Source: Spirochaetia bacterium (GTDB lineage: Bacteria > Spirochaetota > Spirochaetia > SZUA-6 > Bin103). From it: a DNA stretch of 64,000 nt. Both the position numbers and the translations under genes were made by a program. The notes beneath the pieces were generated by a model. That model searched no databases and was not told the DNA's origin. It saw only the letters and a program-made list of their open reading frames with translations. The stretch covers positions 3,072,001 to 3,136,000 of the forward strand of contig OZ241907.1 of NCBI GenBank assembly GCA_965203515.1, read 5' to 3'. Below are positions 10,214 to 19,541 of the stretch, in pieces; the first letter of the stretch is position 1, and each line of letters opens with the position of its first letter.

Positions 10214-11166
10214 GCGGCGCCCGCCTGGCGCGGCGCGTCGGCCTGGCGGCGGCGGTGGCGGCGATCCTGCTGTTCGCCCTGTTCCCGTTCGTGCAGATGC
10301 TGTCGCTGTCGCTCAAGTACCAGCCGGATTGGGGCAACCCGTCGCTGCTGCCGACGCGGGTGAACTGGCAGGCGTACCAGGAGCTGCTGGCGATCGGACA
10401 GGAGCTGCGGGACGTCCCGGAGTCGGCGCGGCGGTTGCTCGACAACCCGGAGCTGAGCGCCGCGCAACGGCAGGCGATCATCGATCGCTTCCGGGACAGC
10501 GGCGACGTGTTTCCGTTCCTGCGCTACTTTCGCAACTCGATGGCGCTGTCCGGCGCCGCGGCGCTGGCGTCGCTGGCGCTGGCCACGCTGGGCGCCTACT
10601 CGTTCAGCCGCGTCCGCTACCGGGGACGGACGGTGATGCAGCGCGGCGCGCTGTTCGTGTACATGTTCGGCGGCATCCTGCTGGTGATCCCGCTGTTCCA
10701 GCTCACCGTGCGCTCCGGGTTGGCCAGCACCGCCGGCGGCACGTTCGCCGCCGTCCTGGTGATCTACCTGGCGCAGACCCTGCCGGTGTCGCTGTACATG
10801 CTCGGCAACTACTTCCGCACCATTTCGTCCTCGCTCGAGGAGGCGGCCATGATCGACGGCTGCAGCCGGGCGGCGACGATCGCCCGCATCATCATTCCGC
10901 TGGCGCTGCCGGCGCTGGCGGCGGTCTTCATCTATTCGTTCATGATCGCCTGGAACGAGTATCTGTTCGCGTCGGTGTTCCTCAAGTCGTACAGCGATCT
11001 GCATACCCTGCCGCTCGGTCTGCGAGCGCTGTTCACCTCCAAGAACGCGATCTGGGACCGGATCATGGCCGGATCGATGCTCACCGCGACGCCGGTGGTG
11101 GCGCTGTTCATGGTCGTGCAGAAGTACATGACGCAGGGCCTTTCGGCCGGCGGCGTGAAGGGATAA
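10207..11166 (+). CDS. Sugar ABC transporter permease (YcjP/MalG-like)
   Basis: LEEAAMIDGCSR, IAWNEYLFA and C-terminal GLSAGGVKG; GTG start overlapping the previous stop (inside the longer track ORF 9949..11166). Confidence 0.9.
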   Translation: MVSGARLARRVGLAAAVAAILLFALFPFVQMLSLSLKYQPDWGNPSLLPTRVNWQAYQELLAIGQELRDVPESARRLLDNPELSAAQRQAIIDRFRDSGDVFPFLRYFRNSMALSGAAALASLALATLGAYSFSRVRYRGRTVMQRGALFVYMFGGILLVIPLFQLTVRSGLASTAGGTFAAVLVIYLAQTLPVSLYMLGNYFRTISSSLEEAAMIDGCSRAATIARIIIPLALPALAAVFIYSFMIAWNEYLFASVFLKSYSDLHTLPLGLRALFTSKNAIWDRIMAGSMLTATPVVALFMVVQKYMTQGLSAGGVKG

Positions 11167-11220
11167 CGCGGTCGGTTGGAGCACCCGGCCCGAAGCTGCT
11201 ACCATGAGACGACGCACGCC

Positions 11221-12381
11221 ATGGCTACGCAACCATCCGAGCCGGACCGAAGCGGGGCTGCGGACGGCTCGCCGCGCAAGCGGCTGACGCGCTTCGTCCA
11301 GCGCGCGCGGGAGCGGGCCGAGCAGGCCAAGGCCCAGTTCACCGTTCACGGCATTACCTACGGCGCCGTCAACGGCCTGCTCGCATTGATCAACCTGCTT
11401 ACCCGCGCCGACTTCCTCTGGTTTCTGTTCCCCGCCGCCGGTTGGGGGATCGGCCTGCTGCACCACTACACCGAGGCGCGCAGCCGGGCGCAGGAGGCGC
11501 GCGAGGCCGCGGCGCTGCCGCCCGCCGGCAAAGGCGAGCTGAAGCTGGTGCGCAAGCTGTTTCGCTCCCGGCGGGGGCTCCGGCACCACCTGAGCACCAC
11601 CGTCGGCGTGACCGCGCTGCTGGCCGGGATCAACCTCTTCCTGATGCCGGAAGCGGGTCCATGGTTTCTCATCCCGATCGCCGCGCTGGGCGGCAGCCTC
11701 GCCATCCACGCCGGCACGGCGCGCGAGCGGATCCGCCGCTTGCGCGATCAGCTGCAGCATGCGGGGGCGGCGCCCGGCCGGGAGGCGGATGTCGCTGCCC
11801 TCGAGGCTGACGACGAAGCGGCCGTGCCGGCCGCGCACGCTCCGCTTCTGGTAGAGGCCGAGGAATTGCGTGCCGCGATCCTCACCGAACTCCAGGATGG
11901 CGGGGAGGACACGGCGCGTTGGCGGTCGGCGTTGCAACCGGAACTCGCTACCTATACCGGTCACGTCAGAGCCCTGCTGCAGGAGCGCCGCGACCTGGAG
12001 CGGGCCGCGGCGCGGGTCTCGGCCGACGACGCAACGCGCCAGCTCGACGACCTGCGCGGCAAGTTGGAGACGGCCACCTCGGACGAACTGCGCCGCGAGT
12101 ATCGGCACACCGCGGCGCAGTACGAAGGCCAGCTCAAGTCGCTGCAGGACCTGCAGGAACGGATCGAGACGATCGATCTGCGCGCCAAGTCGGCCGTGCT
12201 GGCCTTGCAACAGCTCGCGCTCGACGTACCACGCCTGCGCGCCGCGCCGACGGAGGAGCCGACCGCCCTGCTGTCGCTGCGCGACAAGGCGCAGGATCTG
12301 ACGCAGTATCTCGACGACCTGCGCGCCGGCCGCCAAGAACTGGAAGACGCCGGCCTGAGCGTCCGCGAGCCGCTCGACTGA
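11221..12381 (+). CDS. Membrane protein with two 2TM-type helical hairpins and a long C-terminal coiled coil
   Basis: F.VH...Y..VN.LL..IN......WFLFPAAGWGIGL..H repeated in degenerate form; heptad-rich C-terminus. Confidence 0.75.
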   Translation: MATQPSEPDRSGAADGSPRKRLTRFVQRARERAEQAKAQFTVHGITYGAVNGLLALINLLTRADFLWFLFPAAGWGIGLLHHYTEARSRAQEAREAAALPPAGKGELKLVRKLFRSRRGLRHHLSTTVGVTALLAGINLFLMPEAGPWFLIPIAALGGSLAIHAGTARERIRRLRDQLQHAGAAPGREADVAALEADDEAAVPAAHAPLLVEAEELRAAILTELQDGGEDTARWRSALQPELATYTGHVRALLQERRDLERAAARVSADDATRQLDDLRGKLETATSDELRREYRHTAAQYEGQLKSLQDLQERIETIDLRAKSAVLALQQLALDVPRLRAAPTEEPTALLSLRDKAQDLTQYLDDLRAGRQELEDAGLSVREPLD

Positions 12382-12401
12382 TCCGGATCTGAGTTTCATC
12401 G

Positions 12402-13505
12402 ATGGCCATCAAGCTCGGTAACGTAACACTCGAAAGATTTCGTGCGTTCCGTAAGCTGCGCGTGCAAGGACTCGGTCGCGTGAACCTGATTACCGGGAAG
12501 AACAACACCGGGAAGTCGTCGCTACTCGAAGGAATTCGCATTCTCGCTACCGGTGCGGCGCTGGACGAGTTGCAGGATATACTGAAAGATCGCGAGGAGT
12601 ACACCACCGGTCCGGAAGCGGAACTGTCTGCCGGTTCCGACGGCGGTCTTCGATTCTCCGGCCTGTTCCACGGCTTCCCCGACATGACGGAGCGGCCAGA
12701 ACCGTTGGTCATTTCGACGGACGGCGATATTCATCCAAGAGAAGTCGCCATTCACGTGAGCTGGTTCTCACAGAAGCGTGACGAGAAAGGGAATCATGTA
12801 TTCAATGAACATAGTCCGGATGAATCGGAAGGCGTAGCCTCGATCGTCATCGCAACTCCTGACGGAATTCGTATCCGCGAGATCGAGAACCTTCGCACAG
12901 AAGTCCACCTCTATAAGGCTGGCAAGAGGACGTCCGGCGTGGGCTGCTACTTCATCGGCGCCCATAGCGGCGAAAGCACCGCCGAGCTGGGCGCGCTGTG
13001 GGACGGAATCGCGCTGTCCGACAACGAACAGGAGGTCGTGGACGCACTACGCGTCATCGATCCTCATACCTCCAGGGTCACCATGGTTGGCGGCTACGGC
13101 TCGCGCCAGCGGCGTACCGCGTTCGTGCGCACTGACAGTATCCCGCACCCTGTTCCTCTGCGCCTGTTCGGCGACGGGATGAATCGCCTGTTCTCCATGG
13201 TGCTCGGGCTCCTCAATGCTCGTGGTCGCCTGATGCTGGTCGACGAGTTCGAGAACGGGCTGCACCACACGGTCCAGTTGGATGCCTGGCGCATCATATT
13301 CCGCTTGGCGCGGAACCTTGACACGCAGGTCTTTGCGACGACCCACAGTTGGGATGCGATCGAGGCGTTTCAGCAGGCCGCGGCGGAGCATCCCGGCACC
13401 GGTGTCCTGCTGCGTCTGGTCCGCAGCGGAGACGAGATCGTGCCTACGGTGTTTGCGGACAAGGAAGTGGCCGTCGCTGCGCGCGAGCGGATCGAGGTGC
13501 GCTGA
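12402..13505 (+). CDS. ABC/AAA_15-21-type ATPase (AbiEii/OLD/DUF3226-associated class)
   Basis: Walker A GKNNTGKS, FGDGMNR signature, Walker B LVDEFENGLH and QVFATTHS. Confidence 0.88.
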   Translation: MAIKLGNVTLERFRAFRKLRVQGLGRVNLITGKNNTGKSSLLEGIRILATGAALDELQDILKDREEYTTGPEAELSAGSDGGLRFSGLFHGFPDMTERPEPLVISTDGDIHPREVAIHVSWFSQKRDEKGNHVFNEHSPDESEGVASIVIATPDGIRIREIENLRTEVHLYKAGKRTSGVGCYFIGAHSGESTAELGALWDGIALSDNEQEVVDALRVIDPHTSRVTMVGGYGSRQRRTAFVRTDSIPHPVPLRLFGDGMNRLFSMVLGLLNARGRLMLVDEFENGLHHTVQLDAWRIIFRLARNLDTQVFATTHSWDAIEAFQQAAAEHPGTGVLLRLVRSGDEIVPTVFADKEVAVAARERIEVR

Positions 13506-13506
13506 G

Positions 13507-13578
13507 TTGGGCCGCAACATACTCCTGGTGGAGGGTCCGCAGCGCCCGCCGACCGCGGTCAGGCATCCCCGCCAGTGA
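13507..13578 (+). pseudogene. N-terminal stub of a TOPRIM/DUF3226-like partner of the upstream ATPase
   Basis: TTG right after the ATPase stop gives LGRNILLVEGP (TOPRIM-like 'LLVEG'), then unrelated sequence and a stop after about 23 codons. Confidence 0.55.
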
Positions 13579-13590
13579 GCCAGAGCACGC

Positions 13591-14277
13591 ATGGAACGGG
13601 CGCACTATCACGGACACCGCCAGCGACTTCGTGAGCGCTTCCTCAAGAGCGGCTTGGCCGGGTTCGCCGAACATGAGGTCGTCGAGCTGCTCCTGACCCT
13701 GGCCATTCCCCGCCGCGACGTAAAGGAACCCGCCAAGGCGCTGCTCGCGCGCTTCGGCAACCTGCGCGGCGTCATGGATGCGCCGCGTTCCGAATTGCAG
13801 TCCGTAGCGGGCGTGGGCGAAGTCGCCGCAACCGCGCTGCGCGTCATACGCGCGGCGGCGACGCGCTACCTGCAGCAGGCGTCCGAGGACGATGCGGAGG
13901 TGCTGAGCGATCCCCGGCGGCTGAGCGACTTCTGGCGCATGCGGATCGGCGCCCTCAAGCACGAAGTGTTCGCCGTGGCGTATCTCGATTCGGCGTACCG
14001 GCTGCTCCGGGACGGCGTGGAGACGCTGCAGGAGGGCACCATCGACCGCGCCGCGGTCTATCCCCGCCGGGTGGCGGCGGCCGCGCTCCGGCGGGAGGCG
14101 GCGGCCATCGTGCTGGCGCACAATCATCCGAACGGCCTGCTGCAGCCGAGCGAACACGACAAGCTGATCACGCGCGCGATCGTGCTGGCCGCCGAGACCG
14201 TCGGGCTGCGCGTCGTCGATCACCTGATCGTGGCGGCGCAGGACACCTTCAGCTTCCGGCAGGCCGGCCTGCTGTGA
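13591..14277 (+). CDS. radC: RadC/JAB-domain protein
   Basis: GHRQRLRERF, ELLLTLAIPRRDVK, HhH region, AHNHPNG..PSEHD and VVDHLIV. Confidence 0.93.
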   Translation: MERAHYHGHRQRLRERFLKSGLAGFAEHEVVELLLTLAIPRRDVKEPAKALLARFGNLRGVMDAPRSELQSVAGVGEVAATALRVIRAAATRYLQQASEDDAEVLSDPRRLSDFWRMRIGALKHEVFAVAYLDSAYRLLRDGVETLQEGTIDRAAVYPRRVAAAALRREAAAIVLAHNHPNGLLQPSEHDKLITRAIVLAAETVGLRVVDHLIVAAQDTFSFRQAGLL

Positions 14278-14347
14278 GCGCCGCCTGCCGTTCGCTCGTC
14301 TCGACGGCGCCGGTCCGAAAAGGGTAGATTCCGGTCAGGAGATCGGC

Positions 14348-14897
14348 ATGCCGTTTACCGTCGACCGCGAAGTTGCCGACCTGCGGCGCGACACCGAGGC
14401 CCACTTCAATCGGGTCGAGGTGCAGCTCGGGCAGCTTCTAGTCGATATGAAAGCCATCAGGAATGACTTCGCGCAACTCAACGGCGATAACCTGGAGCGC
14501 CGCTACCGGGAACGCGCGCACGCCTATTTCGGCCGGCTGCTCCGCAAGGGCCGGGTGCTGGGGCCGGATGAACTGTCCGATCTCCTGGAGGAGGCCGCCG
14601 ACCGCGGCGTCCTGTCGCAGAGCGACCGGGACGAGGTGGCGTGGGCCGACGTGATCATGCGCGGCCAGTGGCGCGCTGACGGCCGGCAGGTCATGGTGCT
14701 CGCGGAAGTCTCGTGGGTCGTCGACCGCAACGACGTGCGGCGGGCCGTGGACCGGGCGGCGCTGCTGGCCCGGCTGGGCACGCCGGTGGTGCCGGTGGTC
14801 GCCGGAGATTCCGTCACCGAGCGCGCGGCGGACATGGCGCAGCCGGAACGTGTGGCAAATGCTCGATGGCCGATTGGTCGAACCGGATGGCCAATGA
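14348..14897 (+). pseudogene. Coiled-coil plus PD-(D/E)XK-like protein (..ADVIMRG..VLAEVS..DV.RA..RA..L), apparently frameshifted near 14845-14850
   Basis: The track ORF runs to 14959, but a natural-looking end VWQMLDGRLVEPDGQ* lies in another frame ending at 14897; AGGAG SD upstream. Confidence 0.5.
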
Positions 14898-14899
14898 CG

Positions 14900-15312
14900 G
14901 CAGCCGCCGGGGAATCGCGGCGGTTGTCCGGCTCCTGCGAGCGATGTCCGGCGACGTGACCAGGCAGCATCTCCAGGAGGCGCTCGGCCTGAAGCACGAG
15001 GACCACTTCCGCAATGCGTACCTGCAGCCCGCCCTGCGCGCCGGCCTGATAGAAATGACCATCCCCGACAAGCCGCGCAGCCGCAGCCAGCGCTACCGGC
15101 TGACGCCGGCCGGCCGCCGTTACCTGAAACGAATGGAGCAGACGCCGGACGGGCTGACGCTTCGTAAGGTCGTAAGCGAGCCGACGCTGGTTCGGAAGAA
15201 AGGGTTCTTGGTGCATCACGGCACTGCTCGTTCCGGCATCGATATCGTCGAGTTCATCCGTGCCGAGCGCGAGGCCCGCAGCCGTCATATTACCACGGAC
15301 ACCACGGATTGA
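14900..15312 (+). pseudogene. Chimeric fragment: Fic-associated C-terminal winged HTH fused to an AbrB/antitoxin-like tail
   Basis: LQEALGLKHEDHFRNAYLQPALRAGLIEMTIPDKPRSRSQRYRLT (wHTH seen at the end of Fic/RecG-like proteins), then MEQTPDGLTLRKV..LVRKKGFLVH..IRAERE. Confidence 0.55.
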
Positions 15313-15386
15313 TGCGAAAACCGCGCAGCCGCAGCCAGCGCTACCGGCCCGGTTGCCGCTACCTGAGACGAATGGAGGAGACGCCG
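15073..15386 (+). repeat. Imperfect ~70-bp direct repeat (15073-15147 and 15321-15386)
   Basis: CCGCGCAGCCGCAGCCAGCGCTACCGGC is identical in both copies, followed by TACCTGA(A/G)ACGAATGGAG(C/G)AGACGCCG. Confidence 0.9.
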
Positions 15387-15389
15387 TAG

Positions 15390-17204
15390 ATGGCGAAGAT
15401 CGACGTCACCCGGACCGAGCTGGTCTGGCCGGGCAAGTACAACGAGGACGGCACGCTCAAGGAAGCGCCGCGCGTCAACCTTCCGTTCCAGGTCATAGAG
15501 ACCGTCAACGAGAGCCGCGCCACCCGCGAAGCGCGCAAGACGAAGGGCATGTCGTTATTCGACGTGTACGAAGGCACCGAAGGCGATACCTTCGAGGAAG
15601 GTTGGCGGAACAAGCTGATCTGGGGTGACAATCTGCTGGTGATGGGCTCGCTCCTGGAGAAGTTCGCCGGAAAGATCGATCTGATCTACATCGACCCACC
15701 ATTCGCGACAGGCGCCGACTTTCGGTTCGAGGCTGAAATCGGGGTGTCCGGCATCACGCTGGAGAAGAGTCAGACTATTATCGAAGAGTACGCCTACCGA
15801 GATACCTGGGGCTCCGGAATATCATCCTATTTGTCAATGATGAGTGGCAGACTTCCTTTGGTACGAGAACTTCTGAATCCCAAGGGTAGCGTCATCGTTC
15901 ACTGCGACTTTCGTCTATCCCATCTACTTGGAGAAATGCTCGATGATTTGTTCGGTCTTGGAGATCGAGGGTCTGCGGTCGACGCCCCTGGGTTTCGCAA
16001 CGAAATAGTGTGGTTATACGGTCTTGGTGGATCGAGCCCGAAGTGTTACCCGAAGAAACATGATACTCTACTCTGGTACTCAAGATCAGATCAGTGGCAA
16101 TTTGAGGCACCTATGGTACCTGCTACATCACAGCGTATGAAAGGACAAAATAAGAAGTGTCCTGATTACTGGGACATCCCAAGTATCAACAATATGGCTG
16201 ACGAGCGTACAGGATATCCAACTCAAAAGCCGGAAGCACTGCTAGACCGAATCATAGCTGCACATTCGTTTCCTGGGAACTTGGTCGCAGACTTCTTCTG
16301 CGGTTCAGGTACGACGTTGGCCGTGGCCGAGAAGCTCGGGCGCCGCTGGATCGGCTGCGATCTGGGCCGCTGGGGAATACACGTCACCCGCAAGCGGCTG
16401 CTCGGCATCGAAGACTGCAAGCCGTTCGAAATTCTGAATCTCGGCAAGTATGAACGGCAGTACTGGCAGGGCGCGGCCTTCAGCGAACAAGGCTCCGAGC
16501 AGACGCTCTACGAGTATCTCGCATTCATCCTCAAACTGTACGGCGCGCAGCCGGTCGCCGGCATGGCGCACGTGCACGGCAAGAAGCATCGGGCGATGGT
16601 CCACGTCGGCGCGGTGGATGCGCCGGTGACCATCGACGAGATCGAACAGGCGGTCAACGAATGCCAGCGGCTCCGCCAGAACGAGCTGCACGTGCTAGGT
16701 TGGGAGTGGGAGATGGGGCTGGCCGGCCCCAACAACGACCTGCGCAAGGGCGGATTGATGCACGAATCGGCCAAGGCGCACGGCGTCAAGCTCATCCTGC
16801 TGCAGATACCGCGCGAGGTGATGGAGCAGCAGGTGCGCGACGAGAACGACATGCGCTTCTTCGAGCTGGCGTACCTGGAAGCGGCGATCGACACGCCGGA
16901 TACGCTGACCGCGCAGGTGCGGCTCGAGGACTTCGTCATTCCCAACGACGAGCTGATCCCGGACGAGGTTCGCGGCAAGGTTCGGCAGTGGTCCGATTAC
17001 ATCGACTACTGGACGGTGGATTGGGACTTTCGCAACGACACGTTCATGCAGGGCTGGGTGACCTACCGCACGCGCAAGGAGCGCAGCTTGCCGCTTGCCT
17101 CCGATCCGCACCGCTACGAATCTCCCGGCACCTATCAGGTGCTGGTCAAGGTAATCGACATCTTCGGCAACGACACGTCGCAATGCTATCCGGTGACGGT
17201 ATGA
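15390..17204 (+). CDS. Type III R-M-like Mod subunit (beta-class N6-adenine DNA methyltransferase)
   Basis: NKLIWGDNL, IYIDPPF, YPTQKPEALL, DFFCGSGTT and C-terminal VKVIDIFGND; followed by a Res-like stub. Confidence 0.88.
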   Translation: MAKIDVTRTELVWPGKYNEDGTLKEAPRVNLPFQVIETVNESRATREARKTKGMSLFDVYEGTEGDTFEEGWRNKLIWGDNLLVMGSLLEKFAGKIDLIYIDPPFATGADFRFEAEIGVSGITLEKSQTIIEEYAYRDTWGSGISSYLSMMSGRLPLVRELLNPKGSVIVHCDFRLSHLLGEMLDDLFGLGDRGSAVDAPGFRNEIVWLYGLGGSSPKCYPKKHDTLLWYSRSDQWQFEAPMVPATSQRMKGQNKKCPDYWDIPSINNMADERTGYPTQKPEALLDRIIAAHSFPGNLVADFFCGSGTTLAVAEKLGRRWIGCDLGRWGIHVTRKRLLGIEDCKPFEILNLGKYERQYWQGAAFSEQGSEQTLYEYLAFILKLYGAQPVAGMAHVHGKKHRAMVHVGAVDAPVTIDEIEQAVNECQRLRQNELHVLGWEWEMGLAGPNNDLRKGGLMHESAKAHGVKLILLQIPREVMEQQVRDENDMRFFELAYLEAAIDTPDTLTAQVRLEDFVIPNDELIPDEVRGKVRQWSDYIDYWTVDWDFRNDTFMQGWVTYRTRKERSLPLASDPHRYESPGTYQVLVKVIDIFGNDTSQCYPVTV

Positions 17205-17308
17205 ACGAGCTACACCTTACACCCGACGAGAGCGCATGGCAGGAGCGGAGCGATCGAGGCTACCCGTTCCAACGCGCCGTCGAGCGTGAAGGCGTGTCCG
17301 TCCTGTGA
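17201..17308 (+). pseudogene. Internally deleted minimal nucleotidyltransferase (MNT) antitoxin-like remnant
   Basis: MNELHLTPDESAW|QERSDRGYPFQRAVEREGVSVL* joins a typical MNT N-terminus to the typical 'PF..AVEREGV.L' C-terminus with no catalytic core. Confidence 0.45.
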
Positions 17309-17317
17309 AATCGGACG

Positions 17318-17560
17318 ATGGCTGAGTCGGTCGTTTCGTACGACCGGGACCTGCCGCAGATCGCCGGCCGTTTGCCGTGGGAGGCACCGCGATCCTACTT
17401 GGTGAAGGAGGACGGCGCACCTACCGGCTGGCGCGAGGATCGTTCCGGGCGGCGTCCGAGCGGGTTGCTGCTGGTGCCGAAGATCCGCGACGCGGTGGAC
17501 GCTTGGCGCGCGGCCGGGTACGACGGTGCATCCGACGTGACCAGGCGTCTGTTCGCCTAC
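17318..17560 (+). pseudogene. N-terminal fragment of a type III restriction (Res) subunit
   Basis: LLVPKIRDAVDAWRAAGYDGASDVTRRLFAY matches the start of Res helicases; no Walker or DEAD motifs follow. Confidence 0.65.
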
Positions 17561-17561
17561 G

Positions 17562-18023
17562 AAGGCGGACCGCGGGCCGGACCGCCCGGACACTTCGGCA
17601 GCTACGCCGGCGGGCGACACAACTTCGGCGGCGAAGACGCGGCACCTCGGCCGGCAGGCTGCGGCGGGCGCGAAGCCGGCAGCGGCGCTACCGCGGACCG
17701 AAACTTCGGCAGCGAAGGCGGGCGGCGCGACCAGCCGCGCCATCCCGGCGGCGGTCAAACGCGCGGTCTGGCGGCGCGACCGAGGCCGCTGCAGCTACGT
17801 GGACCGCACCAGCAGGCGCCGTTGCGGCTCCCAACACCTGCTGCAGATCGATCACGTCGTGCCATACGCCCGCGGCGGCGCCGCCGAGCCGAACAATCTC
17901 AGGCTGCTGTGCGCCGCTCATCACCGCCACCGCCACGCAGGAACCGGATGCGGCGGCAGCCCCGGCGACGACCATCAGGCGCCGGTCCCGTTTAGCCCCG
18001 CTGTCGAAGGCGAAAACCGGTGA
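17562..18023 (+). pseudogene. C-terminal fragment of an HNH endonuclease with TSAA(K) low-complexity repeats
   Basis: Same frame as the 17799 ORF: TSAAT..TSAAK..TSAAKAGGATSRAIPAAVKRAVWRRDRGRCSYVD....C....LLQIDHVVPYARGGAAEPNNLRLLCAAHH; no obvious start. Confidence 0.75.
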
Positions 18024-18317
18024 CGCCGGTCGCTATCCGCTGAAAGCCTGTTCAATAAGTTTCAACTCATCAATGACTTGGCGGCACGCGGTTCTCGTCC
18101 GTGTCAGCTAGCGCCTAGTCTTCAATCTCAACGATTGACGATCGGCCTTACACGGTCGTTTCTTCGCATCCTCGTACACCGGACATTATGTCGAATCGCA
18201 GGCGTCATGTACAGGACTGTCGGAGTAGTGGACGACCATTTCGGGCATGCGTTGGCGCCGCGTCCGCTGGTAGCGGGACTGGTAGCCGCCGAGTGGGTCT
18301 TGTCTTGCTGGACGCTG

Positions 18318-19475
18318 TCACGGGCCGGCCGGGGCGGTTGCGAGGAAGGTGATGAAGCCGTCGAGGTCGCACACGACCTGATGGCCGCGGGCGAGCCATG
18401 GGCTGCGCCGGCAGATCAGGAATCGCCGGCCGGCGGCGATCAGGTCGGCGGCGGCGTTGAGGCGCTTCAGATCGTCGAGTCCGGGGCGGGTGGTCAGCTT
18501 GACTTCGAGCGCCCACAGTTCCGCGCCGACGCGCAGCACCAGGTCGATTTCGCGCTGGTCGCTGGTGCGGAACGAAAACGCCTCGAACGGCCGGCCGGCG
18601 TGCCGCAGGGCGGTGAACACCTGATCGATGACGAACCCCTCCCAACTGGCCCCGACCCACGGCTGATTCAGCAGCTCGCCGGCGCCGCCGGCGCCAAGCA
18701 GCGCATGCAGCAGCCCGCTGTCGCGCCAGTAGACGCGCGGGCGCTTGACGATGCGCTTGCGGATGTTGGCGTGGAACGGGATCAGGCGGCGGATCAGGAA
18801 CGCGCCTTCGAGGTAGTCCAGGTAGCCGTTGACCGTGTGGTAGGAGAGGGCGAGGCTCTTGCCGATCTGGGTGGCGTTCCACTCCTGGCCGTTGGTCGCC
18901 GCCAGCATCTGCAGCAGGCGCCGCGTGGTCGGCGCGCGGGCGGGCAGCCCCCAGTTCGGCAGGTCGCGCTGCATGAGCAGGTCCAGGTAATCGTGCTGCC
19001 ACTGCGGGAAGCCGCGCCCGGTCAGCACGCCGCCGTCCGCATACCCGCCGCAGGGCCAGAGCCGTTCCCGCTGCCCGCCGGTCAGTTCCGACCACGACAA
19101 CGGCGCCAGTTCCACTACCGAGAGTCGGCCGGCCAGCGATTCCGAGACCTGCGTCATGAGCGCCGGCGAGACCGATCCCAGCAGCAGAAACCGCCCCATG
19201 CGCCGGCGGTCGTCGTCGATGGCGCCGCGCAGGCGCGGAAACACCTCCGGCCACGCCTGCGCCTCGTCCAGCACGACCAGTTCGCGCCCGCTGACCACCG
19301 TGTCCCACGTCAGGTCGAGGCGCAGCCGGTCGCTCTCCTGCTCCAGGTCGTAGTAGACGCCGCCGAGCGACCGGGCCAACGTGGTCTTGCCGCACTGGCG
19401 CGGCCCCACCAGCGCCGCCGCCGGATAGCTGCGGAGCCGATCGAGCAGCACCGGCGTCAGGCCCCGTTCCACCAT
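18318..19475 (-). CDS. AAA_14 ATPase with DUF4143 C-terminal domain
   Basis: GPRQCGKTT, LDEAQ, LLGS, ESLAGR, VYWRDSGLLHALL, GASWEGFV and EIDLVL...ALEVK. Confidence 0.92.
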   Translation of the reverse strand: MVERGLTPVLLDRLRSYPAAALVGPRQCGKTTLARSLGGVYYDLEQESDRLRLDLTWDTVVSGRELVVLDEAQAWPEVFPRLRGAIDDDRRRMGRFLLLGSVSPALMTQVSESLAGRLSVVELAPLSWSELTGGQRERLWPCGGYADGGVLTGRGFPQWQHDYLDLLMQRDLPNWGLPARAPTTRRLLQMLAATNGQEWNATQIGKSLALSYHTVNGYLDYLEGAFLIRRLIPFHANIRKRIVKRPRVYWRDSGLLHALLGAGGAGELLNQPWVGASWEGFVIDQVFTALRHAGRPFEAFSFRTSDQREIDLVLRVGAELWALEVKLTTRPGLDDLKRLNAAADLIAAGRRFLICRRSPWLARGHQVVCDLDGFITFLATAPAGP

Positions 19476-19484
19476 GACTATGAC

Positions 19485-19512
19485 ATTTTAGAAATCGATT
19501 TCTGTTTTGCAA
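19485..19512 (-). promoter_or_regulatory. Sigma70-type promoter for the AAA_14 gene
   Basis: Minus strand TTGCAA-16 nt-TAAAAT, 9 nt before the ATG, in an AT-rich patch with no SD. Confidence 0.6.
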
Positions 19513-19541
19513 GACTCGGCGGACGCGCGGTCGCCGCGCGT

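Noticed and set aside
18030..18250. AT-richer stretch between the HNH fragment and the AAA_14 gene
   Set aside because: Only short stop-interrupted readings and no recognisable RNA structure; likely decayed foreign DNA.
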